Positions 7,854 through 16,605 are shown, numbered from the stretch's first letter. The stretch: 51,148 bases of DNA from a virus (IMGVR_UViG_3300011116_001170:1-51148), one strand, 5' to 3'. Notes: generated by a model from the sequence alone, not told the origin. Translations and numbers: made by a program.

Positions 7854-8032
7854 GCTGATAATTTGAATAGTCCCTATCGTAGTGTGCCCTCTTTTTCTAT
7901 ACCACAAGCGAGGTGGCTCTATCTAAAAATTTATGCATGGTATTGATAAGCAATCGCTTTTAGACTTTCGGCTGTCGAAGCTTTTTCTAACGATAGCAAC
8001 GCGTTAAAAAATTCCGAATTCAAATTATCAAC
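7854..8032 (-). ncRNA. multi-branch structured RNA
   Basis: 15-bp closing stem GTTGATAATTTGAAT/ATTCAAATTATCAGC, inner CTATCGT/ACGATAG and ATACCAT/GTGGTAT helices, two TAGAAAAAG motifs. Confidence 0.55.
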
Positions 8033-8084
8033 GTTTTGAAACCCAAAAATCATGAAAAATCAGAGGAGTATCTTGGGCAATATT

Positions 8085-8163
8085 TTAAGCTGAAACGGTT
8101 GATTTTACAACATATCCCCGACTTTATGCCGATGGCTTTAATTAAGCTACTTTTTCAGCTTAA
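8085..8163 (-). ncRNA. degenerate tRNA-like cloverleaf
   Basis: TTAAGCTGAAA/TTTCAGCTTAA closing stem, TAGCTTAATTAAAGC D-arm-like, TCGGC-ATAAA-GTCGG arm, GTTG-TAAAAT-CAAC T-arm-like; no CCA. Confidence 0.45.
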
Positions 8164-8294
8164 TAAGTTGCCGCCCACTTTTCAATTCAGGCTCTGACGA
8201 ACCGACGGCAACTAATTAAAATGAAAGGGGCGGTGGATTAATGAAAAGAAACCACCGCCCAGCCGCATAAGGGCTACCCGAGGAAGGCTTTTTA

Positions 8295-8323
8295 ATTAAA
8301 AGAACTTAACTTTCCATTGTCAA
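8295..8323 (-). promoter_or_regulatory. sigma70-like promoter heading the RNA island
   Basis: TTGACA-N17-TTTAAT on the - strand immediately upstream of the first hairpins. Confidence 0.7.
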
Positions 8324-8334
8324 TAGTTTTTTTT

Positions 8335-8511
8335 TCATTTTTTTAGATTTAAAGATTGCGTAAAAGTGTTATAAATTATCTCGTAATATTCAGGTTCTAT
8401 TTCAGGTTCTATTTCAGGCTCAATCTTAGGTTCATAAAAAATAAAGAATGCAAAGGCTGCCAGCAAAACTGCGCATATCATTATTTGTAAAATATTATTA
8501 GCTAAATTCAT
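8335..8511 (-). CDS. small membrane protein with EPEI repeats (58 aa, not in track)
   Basis: MNLANNILQIMICAVLLAAFAFFIFYEPKIEPEIEPEIEPEY...; 12-bp tandem repeat; ATGA overlap with the upstream gene. Confidence 0.6.
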   Translation of the reverse strand: MNLANNILQIMICAVLLAAFAFFIFYEPKIEPEIEPEIEPEYYEIIYNTFTQSLNLKK

Positions 8512-8933
8512 TTTTCCACCTCGTTTTTTAAATTTTTTAAGTCTTTTTGATGTTCTTTAAAAGTTTTAAAAAGAAACAAATTTGGATCGGAAATATAATT
8601 GTCAAAATCTTTCTGCAATTCAAGATATCCGTTGCGCCCTGTTCTTTTTTCAAACTTTCTAATTTCGTAAATTTTAATTCTTAAAATTTCTTTTTCATCA
8701 TCATTTAAATGTTTTTTGCGATAATTGTAATCAACTTGTTCTTTCTTGATTCCAAGTTTTTTTAGAACTCTTTTCTTTATATCCTCGTTAAAACCTGGCG
8801 ATTTTAAGCCTAAATTTTGCAAGCTAAAACCATCCAAATAGTTTCCGATTTTATATCTACACGTTAAGCCTAGAGGTTTTATTTCGCGCTCTATGATTCT
8901 ATTGCAAAGCGTTTCTAATTCGTTATTTTCCAT
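8508..8933 (-). CDS. hypothetical protein
   Basis: ORF; ATG at 8933 (MENNELE) more plausible than the track start at 8990. Confidence 0.6.
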   Translation of the reverse strand: MENNELETLCNRIIEREIKPLGLTCRYKIGNYLDGFSLQNLGLKSPGFNEDIKKRVLKKLGIKKEQVDYNYRKKHLNDDEKEILRIKIYEIRKFEKRTGRNGYLELQKDFDNYISDPNLFLFKTFKEHQKDLKNLKNEVEK

Positions 8934-9507
8934 AATATTCTTTAAATTTGTTGAGCGGCGGCAAGTTAAAAAGGTCTTTATTATCTTCAATCAGCCTATT
9001 AATTTCTTCTTCTTGTTTTTGCCAAAATTCTTTGCTTGAGTCAAAAACTTCAACATCGTCAGAGCGATTCATATTTTTTAAAAGAATCGTTTGATTAGTT
9101 GGCTGGCTTTTTATTTCAGCTAACAATTCTTTTAACTGTTCAACGTTCATTGATTCAATTTTTAGAATTTTCGCGCCGATTTCAGAATTAAATTTTGCGT
9201 CAATTTCAAGCTCGATTGCTTTTCTTAATTCCAAAATTTCCAGTTCGGGCGTGCTTGTTAAGCCAGCTTGCAATAGTTCGATTTCTTGAAAGATTTCAGC
9301 GTTTATTTTTTCGTCAAGCGGGTTCTGATTGTAAGCTAAAATCAATCTATTTCTTTCTTGAATGATTGAGTTTATTGTATCTTCGACAGTGAAAGGCTGC
9401 AAAGCATGTTTGTTTTTTTTCAAGCTTTCAATTTGTAGAAGTGAAAGATGTTGTAAGCGTTCAATTAAATCGAGATATTGTAAGCGTTCAATTAAATAGT
9501 TTTTCAT
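8923..9507 (-). CDS. hypothetical helical protein
   Basis: 194-aa ORF with a short N-terminal tandem duplication (LIERLQ x2). Confidence 0.7.
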   Translation of the reverse strand: MKNYLIERLQYLDLIERLQHLSLLQIESLKKNKHALQPFTVEDTINSIIQERNRLILAYNQNPLDEKINAEIFQEIELLQAGLTSTPELEILELRKAIELEIDAKFNSEIGAKILKIESMNVEQLKELLAEIKSQPTNQTILLKNMNRSDDVEVFDSSKEFWQKQEEEINRLIEDNKDLFNLPPLNKFKEYYGK

Positions 9508-9596
9508 TAAGCCTCCAAAAGTTTAGAATTTTCAAAAATATTGCCGACCACTTCGCCAGCTTTTTTATCCCAAGCTCTAAATTTTATTTCTTTCAT
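9507..9596 (-). pseudogene. 29-aa mini-YopX (internal deletion)
   Basis: MKEIKFRAWDKKAGEVVGNIFENSKLLEA joins the YopX N-motif directly to the YopX C-motif; TAATG coupling with the next gene. Confidence 0.75.
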
Positions 9597-9788
9597 TTAA
9601 GCTCCTAAAATTTCATTAAGTTGCTCTTGAACTTTCACAATTTGATTTTGAAGAGCTTTCAAAGGTTTTTTATATTTGTTGTAAGCTTTCCTTCGCTCCG
9701 CATTTTTAAGATTGACTAGCGTTTGCTTTTTGAGTTCTAATTCTATTTTTTGCGCGTGAAGTTCTTTTGCTTTTTTTAAGTTTTTCAT
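9597..9788 (-). CDS. small coiled-coil protein
   Basis: 63-aa ORF in operon. Confidence 0.6.
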   Translation of the reverse strand: MKNLKKAKELHAQKIELELKKQTLVNLKNAERRKAYNKYKKPLKALQNQIVKVQEQLNEILGA

Positions 9789-9792
9789 TTTT

Positions 9793-11373
9793 TTAATTTA
9801 ATAAAAGTTGAGGGTTGCTCGGTAAATGTAAAAAGTTTTTCTTAAAGAATTTTTCCGCTTCATTTTTAGAAACTTTCGAGTTTCCTTCAAATTCTTGCGC
9901 CGCTTCTTCTGGCGATTTAATCCATTTGTTTAATCTTGCCGCTTCGATATTTAAAACTTTGATAAAATCTTGGTTAAATTTGATGTGGACGTTGTTATTC
10001 TTAAAAATCTTAATCTCCGCAAGAGTTGCGCCGTTGCTTTCAAGATTAAACGGAACTCCAGCGGTTTGATATTTATTTCCATCCCATTTTGTCGGAAATC
10101 CCAAGTTATTAGCAACTGCCACAATATCCGCGATTAATTCACAAGCCACATTTGCCAAATATCTTTGAGAATAACCATCCCAACAGCTCCAGTATTCTAA
10201 AATAATTCGATAATCTAGCGTGTAATGCGTGAAGTCTTTCTTTGCATATCTCCAGCCATCTTTTTCCCAAGTTTTTTTGTTAGATTTATAATTTATCACG
10301 TTTTTTTCTTCCGTCATTGCGTGGTGCAATTCAATCAATTGCTGGTCATAATATTGGTTGGCATTCTTTATTGCCCAAATTACAACCGCGAAAATGTTAG
10401 ACTCGTTAAAATCGACAGAAACCTGATCCAGCATTTTTTCTAAAAGTGTTTTTTTCTGTCTAGTCGCCAGCCTACTAGTGATTTTGTCTAATTTATCAAA
10501 TAATTCTTTCCAATAAAGATTTTTAAGCCCCTTAATTTTGCTTTTTAAGCCCTTTTTAGCAATATCAAGGGTGATTCCCAATTCTTTGAGCAAATCCTCG
10601 TCCAATTCGCTTAATTTGCGGTAGTTTGAAAGCAAATTTTCAAGCTCTTTTGAATAAAGAGTTGTTAAAGTTTCAATCAAATTTGTAGCAACCTCAATTT
10701 CATTTTTTATTTTTTTTCTTTTGTCGCTTTCAAAATCGTAATTTGTTTTTTTGCTTGCTTTGATCTTAAATTCGGAATTAAACCAATAATCAAAGGGATC
10801 AACTGGTTTGTCGCTGCCATAGCTATTTTCTTCTCTTAAAATTATTTCCACCAAATCAACTTTTGCCCTTGCTGCCCTGTCTTCAGAATTTAAAAAATCA
10901 AAAGAATCAACAATTGAAACCGTGCCATTTCTTGATTTAATAGCCTCTTTTATTTCGATTGAGTCGCTCCAGCGAGTAGGAATTACAAGATAAATTTTCT
11001 TTGCAAAAGCTTCTTTGATTAGCTTTTCCGACCATTCCACAAATTCAGAATAAGGAGGGTTTGAAAAAATCACGTCAACTTGCTTGTCAATCAGTGATTG
11101 ATTCCAAAAATCAGTTCCCAAAATTACAACATCAGCGGGCAGTTGTGCAATTAAAATTTCTGATTGCTCAATTGCAAATTTTTCAAGTTGTAAATTTGGA
11201 TTAAATTCTTCTAATTTTCTAAAAACCTTCCCATTTCCAGCACCAATTTCCAAAATTGAAATTTTAGAATGAGTGCCAAGCTTTCCAGCCAATGCAAAAA
11301 TAATTTCGTTTGTGGTAGGATAAAATTCTTGGTCTTGCCCCGCTTGTTTTAAATTTTTTATTAAATTTTTCAT
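9793..11373 (-). CDS. N6-adenine-type DNA methyltransferase-like protein (DUF4942-type)
   Basis: QEFYPT, ILEIGAGNG (motif I), FSNPPY (motif IV), C-terminal KIFKNNNVHIKF. Confidence 0.85.
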   Translation of the reverse strand: MKNLIKNLKQAGQDQEFYPTTNEIIFALAGKLGTHSKISILEIGAGNGKVFRKLEEFNPNLQLEKFAIEQSEILIAQLPADVVILGTDFWNQSLIDKQVDVIFSNPPYSEFVEWSEKLIKEAFAKKIYLVIPTRWSDSIEIKEAIKSRNGTVSIVDSFDFLNSEDRAARAKVDLVEIILREENSYGSDKPVDPFDYWFNSEFKIKASKKTNYDFESDKRKKIKNEIEVATNLIETLTTLYSKELENLLSNYRKLSELDEDLLKELGITLDIAKKGLKSKIKGLKNLYWKELFDKLDKITSRLATRQKKTLLEKMLDQVSVDFNESNIFAVVIWAIKNANQYYDQQLIELHHAMTEEKNVINYKSNKKTWEKDGWRYAKKDFTHYTLDYRIILEYWSCWDGYSQRYLANVACELIADIVAVANNLGFPTKWDGNKYQTAGVPFNLESNGATLAEIKIFKNNNVHIKFNQDFIKVLNIEAARLNKWIKSPEEAAQEFEGNSKVSKNEAEKFFKKNFLHLPSNPQLLLN

Positions 11374-11390
11374 TTTTGAACCTCGTTTTT

Positions 11391-11549
11391 TTAAAGATTA
11401 ATGCACTCGCGCACTTGTTGATAATTGACAGCTTGCGCTTTGCACTTGTTTATTGCTTTGTGAGTCAGCCAACCAACAAGAGCGATTGCGATTGAAATAA
11501 AAATTACAAAAGCAATGTCAGTAATATATTTTTTGAAATTTAGGTTCAT
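11391..11549 (-). CDS. small membrane protein (52 aa, not in track)
   Basis: MNLNFKKYITDIAFVIFISIAIALVGWLTHK...; fills the gap between two genes. Confidence 0.5.
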   Translation of the reverse strand: MNLNFKKYITDIAFVIFISIAIALVGWLTHKAINKCKAQAVNYQQVRECINL

Positions 11550-11580
11550 AGAAAATAATAACTTTTTGATTTAAAATAAA

Positions 11581-11871
11581 TTAGGTTGTTTCATTTTGGG
11601 ATTTTTCCAACTCTTCAAAAGAAATTTCTTTGCCAGCAATAACAATTTTTTCTTTTAAAAACATTTTGACTTTTGGGCGTCCGCGTTTTTGAAACGGGCT
11701 TTCAAGATTGTTTTTGAGGCAAAACTTTCTAACTTTTGATTGCAAAGTAAGAGGTTTTAAGTTGAAAAATAGATCCGCGGCTTGCGCGATTGTTAACTTT
11801 TCGTTTTTAATTTTGTTGATTATTTCAAGGTTTATCATTTTTCTAATGTTTAAGTTATTAAAATTCGTCAA
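11581..11871 (-). CDS. putative HTH DNA-binding protein
   Basis: LTIAQAADLFF...TLQSKV helix pattern plus KRGRPK. Confidence 0.55.
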   Translation of the reverse strand: MTNFNNLNIRKMINLEIINKIKNEKLTIAQAADLFFNLKPLTLQSKVRKFCLKNNLESPFQKRGRPKVKMFLKEKIVIAGKEISFEELEKSQNETT

Positions 11872-12085
11872 CTATAGCAATTCCAGCCTTAGTTTTTGAA
11901 TCAAAAGCCGCGTCTATGTCTTTAAATTCATAGCCTTCTAATTCCTTAATTTCAATATTTTCGCCATCGTTTTTTTCAAACGCTTTCAAGGCTTTTTTTT
12001 TGGCTTCTGATTCGTTTTTAGCTTTGACATCAACTTGCCAATTGGCAGGAATTCTTATTGCTAAGCTAACAGTGTAGTTTTTCAT
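11858..12085 (-). CDS. hypothetical protein
   Basis: VKAKNESEAKKKA motif; AAACGAGG ribosome-binding site upstream. Confidence 0.7.
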   Translation of the reverse strand: MKNYTVSLAIRIPANWQVDVKAKNESEAKKKALKAFEKNDGENIEIKELEGYEFKDIDAAFDSKTKAGIAIVDEF

Positions 12086-12128
12086 TTTTTAAATCCTCGT
12101 TTTAATTGTGAAATTGTTTTTTTTGATT

Positions 12129-12374
12129 TTAAAGATTGGCAAAATCATAAATTATTTGATTTTCAACTTGAACAAGTGCATAATCATCATCGCGACCAGT
12201 TATTTTGCCTTGTGCAATAAAGATTTTCTTCATTTCCACAAGTATTTTTGAATTTTCGCGCAATAATTCGTTAGCCAAATAGTTCATTCCGCCCGCGTTG
12301 AAATACATAGCAGCATTGTTTTTATTTGCTAAAAATTCGCCTTTTAAAGTTTTTAAAGTTTTTAAAGTTTTCAT
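12129..12374 (-). CDS. first early gene, hypothetical
   Basis: Downstream of a near-consensus promoter; AAACGAGG RBS; KTL x3 micro-repeat. Confidence 0.7.
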   Translation of the reverse strand: MKTLKTLKTLKGEFLANKNNAAMYFNAGGMNYLANELLRENSKILVEMKKIFIAQGKITGRDDDYALVQVENQIIYDFANL

Positions 12375-12429
12375 TTTTGAACCTCGTTTTTAGTTGTTAA
12401 AATCAAATTGTCTTTACTCGATAAAAATG

Positions 12430-12458
12430 ATTCTAAAGAAGCGTTTCTTAGCAGTCAA
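12430..12458 (-). promoter_or_regulatory. near-consensus sigma70 early promoter
   Basis: TTGACT-N17-TAGAAT with an AT-rich UP-like tract; imperfect palindrome AAGAA-GCGT-TTCTT in the spacer. Confidence 0.8.
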
Positions 12459-12716
12459 GTAATAAATTAAAATAAATTAAAATAATTTTAATCAAGTGTT
12501 TCTAGGATTCATGGCTTTTTCAAAAAATATGTATTGATTTTGAAAAAATTTATAAATACTAATTTGGAGAAAAACTTAGAAACCTCTTAGAGAGCTTCTT
12601 TAAAAATAGAAAATTACTAAAAAAATAACACATAGGTTATTTCGCAAGAAATAATCGTTCCCCCTTAGGGGGCGGAGGGGGGTAAGCGATCTTGAAACGA
12701 AGTAAAAACTTTAATT

Positions 12717-13247
12717 ATGGAAGAACAAAAGCTAACGCGAAAAGAAAAAAAAGAGATTAACAAGAAATTATGGCGAGATTCTACTAATGAAGCTCGAGCT
12801 TTGGTTAAAAGCGAAAGAAAAGAGATTATTGCAAGCTTACGTGCAGATGAAGAATTGACATGGCAAGAGAAATTTCTGGAAGCAATAAAACTAGGTTTGA
12901 ATATGGTTGAATGTGCTAATGCTTGTGCAAAAGGATTGGGTGATATTTATCAGGAGTTTGATGAGAATGAGGATTTTAATAAAAAATACACACGCGCGCG
13001 AGAAATAGCTAATGATTTAAAAGCCGAGTTTTTAGAAACAATAAATGAAGAACCTCCGCGTGAAGGATTTGATGCGCAAGGCAATAAATTTTACGATAAA
13101 ACAGAATTGCAATGGCGGAAAGCAAAAGAGGATACAACAAAATGGTTGCTTGCAATTAGAGATCCAAAGAAATTTGGGAATAATAGCAAGGTAGATACAA
13201 CTGTTAGCGGCGTTATGACAACTAAAATAATCCGCGACGATATTTAA
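12717..13247 (+). CDS. terS: terminase small subunit
   Basis: F.KKYTRARE and KWLLAIRDPKKFG motifs; upstream of terL. Confidence 0.8.
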   Translation: MEEQKLTRKEKKEINKKLWRDSTNEARALVKSERKEIIASLRADEELTWQEKFLEAIKLGLNMVECANACAKGLGDIYQEFDENEDFNKKYTRAREIANDLKAEFLETINEEPPREGFDAQGNKFYDKTELQWRKAKEDTTKWLLAIRDPKKFGNNSKVDTTVSGVMTTKIIRDDI

Positions 13248-13255
13248 TCAATAAC

Positions 13256-13330
13256 GCCGTAGTAGCACAACAGTAGTGCATCATTCTTGTAAAATGGAGG
13301 TTCTGGGTGCAAATCCTAGCTACGGCACCA
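13256..13330 (+). tRNA. tRNA-Thr (UGU)
   Basis: GCCGTAG/CTACGGC acceptor, TCATT-CTTGTAA-AATGG anticodon arm, ACCA end; non-canonical D- and T-loops. Confidence 0.85.
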
Positions 13331-13339
13331 AAAATATAA

Positions 13340-14638
13340 ATGATAAAACTAAGCGAAAAAATCGCACCAATATTTCATCCAGTCCACCGCGCCATTCGCG
13401 ATAAAACTGCCGATGAATTTTGGATAAAAGGCGGGCGTAATTCGACTAAATCAAGTTTCGTTGCTTTGGAAATAGTTTTGGGCATCATGCAAGACCCTGA
13501 CGCTAACGCTGTTTGTTTTAGAAAAGTTGGGGCATTTATCAAAGACTCAATTCAAGCGACTATTCTTTGGGCGATTGATGAACTTGGCGAGACAGAAAAC
13601 TTTGCATCGATTAATTCACCGCATGAAATAACCTACTTGCCAACTGGTCAAAAAATCTTGCTTAGAGGCTTAGATAAGCCAACTAAAATCAAATCAATTA
13701 AATTGCGCCGTGGTTATTTCAAATTTTTGTGGTTTGAAGAAGCTGACGAATATTCTGGTGATGATGAGATTAGGAGCGTTGAACAATCTGTTTTGCGCGG
13801 TGATAAATCAAAAAAGTTTGTGGAGTTTTTAACTTATAACCCGCCAAAAAATTCTAAGCACTGGATAAATAAATTGTCTGAAGAAAATGTTGATGAAAAA
13901 TTTATTCATCATTCGACTTATTTAGACATACCGCCCGAGTGGTTAAGTGAAAAAACATTGCAAAAGATTAATCGCCTGAAAGAAAACAACTATGAAGCCT
14001 ACGTTCACGAGTATTTAGGCAAATGCGTTGGCAATCCAAAAGAAATTATTTTTAGCGGCAAATTTGAAGAAGCTGAATTTGAAACGCCGCCGCTTAATCA
14101 ACTTTATCAAAGCCGTTTCTTTTTTGGTGCCGATTGGGGTTTTGCCGCAGATCCCAGCGTATTGATTAGAATGTTCATAAAAGACGATTGTCTTTGGATT
14201 GATTATGAAGCTTACGCGGCACAAGTTGAAATTGACCATATTGGGCAAGTTATTTTTGATAAAATACCCGAATCAAGAAAATGGCAAATAAAAGCCGATA
14301 ATTCAAGACCTGAAACTATAAGTAATTTAAGACGGCAGGGCTTTAATATAAGCGGTGCAAAAAAATGGGGCGGTAGTGTTGAAGAAGGCATTGAATACAT
14401 CAAGTCTTTTAAAAAAATCATAATTCACAAACGCTGTCCTAGAATTTTACGCGAGTTTGAGACTTACAATTACAAAATCGACAAAAACACACGCGAAATA
14501 TTGCCTGTGATTGATGATACAAAATCGCGGATTTATGAGAAGGGTGATAAGATTGGCACTAAAGATGATGGAATTGACGCTTGCAGATATGGATTAGCTG
14601 ATTACATTCGCGGCGTGACTGATATTATTGCTTTTTAA
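13340..14638 (+). CDS. terL: terminase large subunit, PBSX family
   Basis: KGGRNSTKS Walker A, WFEEADE Walker B, TYNPP, GADWGF and DDGIDACRY nuclease motifs. Confidence 0.95.
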   Translation: MIKLSEKIAPIFHPVHRAIRDKTADEFWIKGGRNSTKSSFVALEIVLGIMQDPDANAVCFRKVGAFIKDSIQATILWAIDELGETENFASINSPHEITYLPTGQKILLRGLDKPTKIKSIKLRRGYFKFLWFEEADEYSGDDEIRSVEQSVLRGDKSKKFVEFLTYNPPKNSKHWINKLSEENVDEKFIHHSTYLDIPPEWLSEKTLQKINRLKENNYEAYVHEYLGKCVGNPKEIIFSGKFEEAEFETPPLNQLYQSRFFFGADWGFAADPSVLIRMFIKDDCLWIDYEAYAAQVEIDHIGQVIFDKIPESRKWQIKADNSRPETISNLRRQGFNISGAKKWGGSVEEGIEYIKSFKKIIIHKRCPRILREFETYNYKIDKNTREILPVIDDTKSRIYEKGDKIGTKDDGIDACRYGLADYIRGVTDIIAF

Positions 14639-14785
14639 TTCTTAACTTTTATTTTTATGCTTGCGTTTATTCTAATTTTTGTTTTTATAATTTTACCAAT
14701 TTTAGTAACTATTGGCTCTTTGCGCGCTGGTTGGATAATTGGTAAAAAGTTAGGAAATAATGAAAAAACTATCAAATAAATAACT

Positions 14786-15070
14786 ATGATAAAACTGCCA
14801 TTTTCAAAAAGCATAGCAAAAAAACCAATATATGACCAAGTTATTCTTTTTTCAGAAACTTTACTTCCGAATGAAAAAATAATTGTTTCAAGAGAAGATT
14901 TTATAAAAATAGTCAAATGTAAAAATGAATATGGTCATCATATCGGGCATTGGGATCGCGGATATAATGTATCAGGATTTAAACTTGAAAAAGAAATAAT
15001 AAATAATTTTTTTAGAGTTGAACTTGGCGAAACAAAAACTAATCGCAATTTTGAATTAAAAAATGTTTAA
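14786..15070 (+). CDS. hypothetical protein
   Basis: 94-aa ORF between terL and portal. Confidence 0.55.
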   Translation: MIKLPFSKSIAKKPIYDQVILFSETLLPNEKIIVSREDFIKIVKCKNEYGHHIGHWDRGYNVSGFKLEKEIINNFFRVELGETKTNRNFELKNV

Positions 15071-15222
15071 AAACTTTTCACCATTAAAAATCTTGCAAAT
15101 ACTTCTTTTACTTCAAATCTTGATTTTAGTTTTTGCTTTACCATTTCTGCCAACCTACTTTGCTTGTTTTAAAGTAATCGCCACAATAGCGATCTCGATG
15201 ATATTAAGCTATTTTATCAATA

Positions 15223-16605
15223 ATGTTTAGCAAAATCTTCAAGCCAAAAGAACTTAAGAGCTATGGCAATAATAGGCTAAGCTTATTGCAATTATTATCT
15301 GGCGATTATGAATACAAAAACAGCCCTAGCGAGTTCTTAAATTACTACACTGAAGCTTGTCCTGTTTTTACTGCGACAAAGATGATTGCTGATGCTAGTT
15401 CATCAATTAAATTGGTGATAAAAGATTACAAAAAAGATGAATTTATTTATAGCCACCCTTTTCTTGAGCGTTTAAAAAATCCAAATCCTTTTATTGATGG
15501 TGAGTTATTTTTAAAAGAGGTGATTAGTTATTACCTGCTAACTGGCAATAATTATGTTAATGTTGTTCAAAGTTTTAATAAAAAAGATTTAATTGAATTA
15601 AATGTTTTTGCACCAAATAAAATTACAATTCAAAAGAATCGGAATGATGGCTACGCTGGCGAGTATACTTACGCAAGTGGCAATCAAAATTTAATCTATA
15701 CAAGAAACGATCAAAAGAAATTTGTTGATAAAACGGGCAATGAATTAATTCACTTGCGAGATTTCAGCCCAAATTTCTCTTCTGACAATTTAGTTGGTTC
15801 TTCTGCCTTTTTGGGATGTCAATTAGAGATTAGCCAATATGTTGCAGCAAGTGTTCATAATAATTCATTGCTTAGAAATCAGGCGCGCCCAAGCGGGTTT
15901 TTGACTTACAAAGGAACTGATTTATTAATGGATACTCAGGTTGCTAAAATTCGTGAAATGATAGATAGCAAAATGTCTGGCGCAAACAACACTGGCAAAC
16001 CTGCTTTTTTAAATGGTAATTTTGAATGGCAGCAACTTTCCGAATCAATCAAGGACATGGATTTTCCGACACTTAAAAAGATGGTTGCCGAGTCTATTTA
16101 CAACGCAGTCAAAATACCTTTGCCGATGGTAAGTCCTGATAATATGAGCTTTGCTAATATGGACGCGGCAAAATATGCTTTCTATGACAATGCTGTGCTT
16201 CCCGTTCTTGGTAGAGTTTTAAAATTCTTTACAAAAAATCTTTTAAGCAAATATGCAGGCTCTGAAAATTTAGAATTGACTTTCGACCCTTGTTCAATTG
16301 ATGCTCTTGAATCGCGCAAAGTCGATAATGCACTGACAATTTCAAAGAGTGGAGTTTTAACAATAAATGAAATTAGAACGACGCTTGGCTACGAATCAAT
16401 TCAAAATGGCGACTCTGTTTATCAACCAGCTAATCTATTGCCAGTTGGTGCTGACAATTACACAATAGATAACCGCGAATCTCCAGCCTCTAAATCAGAA
16501 AAAGCCGAATACATACGTTTGATGACATCATTGAAAACAACTGATGGCAAGAGGCTTTACTCTGACGGTGTAATTAAAAAGCAGCTCGAAACTTTTTATG
16601 AGTAG
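15223..16605 (+). CDS. portal protein (HK97 family)
   Basis: NPNP, LTGNNY, IHLR, N.ARPSG, LTINEIR motifs. Confidence 0.93.
   Translation: MFSKIFKPKELKSYGNNRLSLLQLLSGDYEYKNSPSEFLNYYTEACPVFTATKMIADASSSIKLVIKDYKKDEFIYSHPFLERLKNPNPFIDGELFLKEVISYYLLTGNNYVNVVQSFNKKDLIELNVFAPNKITIQKNRNDGYAGEYTYASGNQNLIYTRNDQKKFVDKTGNELIHLRDFSPNFSSDNLVGSSAFLGCQLEISQYVAASVHNNSLLRNQARPSGFLTYKGTDLLMDTQVAKIREMIDSKMSGANNTGKPAFLNGNFEWQQLSESIKDMDFPTLKKMVAESIYNAVKIPLPMVSPDNMSFANMDAAKYAFYDNAVLPVLGRVLKFFTKNLLSKYAGSENLELTFDPCSIDALESRKVDNALTISKSGVLTINEIRTTLGYESIQNGDSVYQPANLLPVGADNYTIDNRESPASKSEKAEYIRLMTSLKTTDGKRLYSDGVIKKQLETFYE

Noticed and set aside
7653-7907. 84-aa - strand ORF in the track
   Set aside because: Non-ATG start, atypical composition, and it runs across several RNA helices; better explained as non-coding.
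8255-8290. HDV/theta-like ribozyme (TTCCTCG loop)
   Set aside because: No upstream P1 strand or J4/2 catalytic C could be placed.
8385-8432. 12-bp tandem repeat as a CRISPR or regulatory array
   Set aside because: No spacers; it encodes EPEI repeats in a small membrane ORF. The repeats near 9451-9497, 12342-12371 and 40899-40940 are likewise coding micro-duplications.
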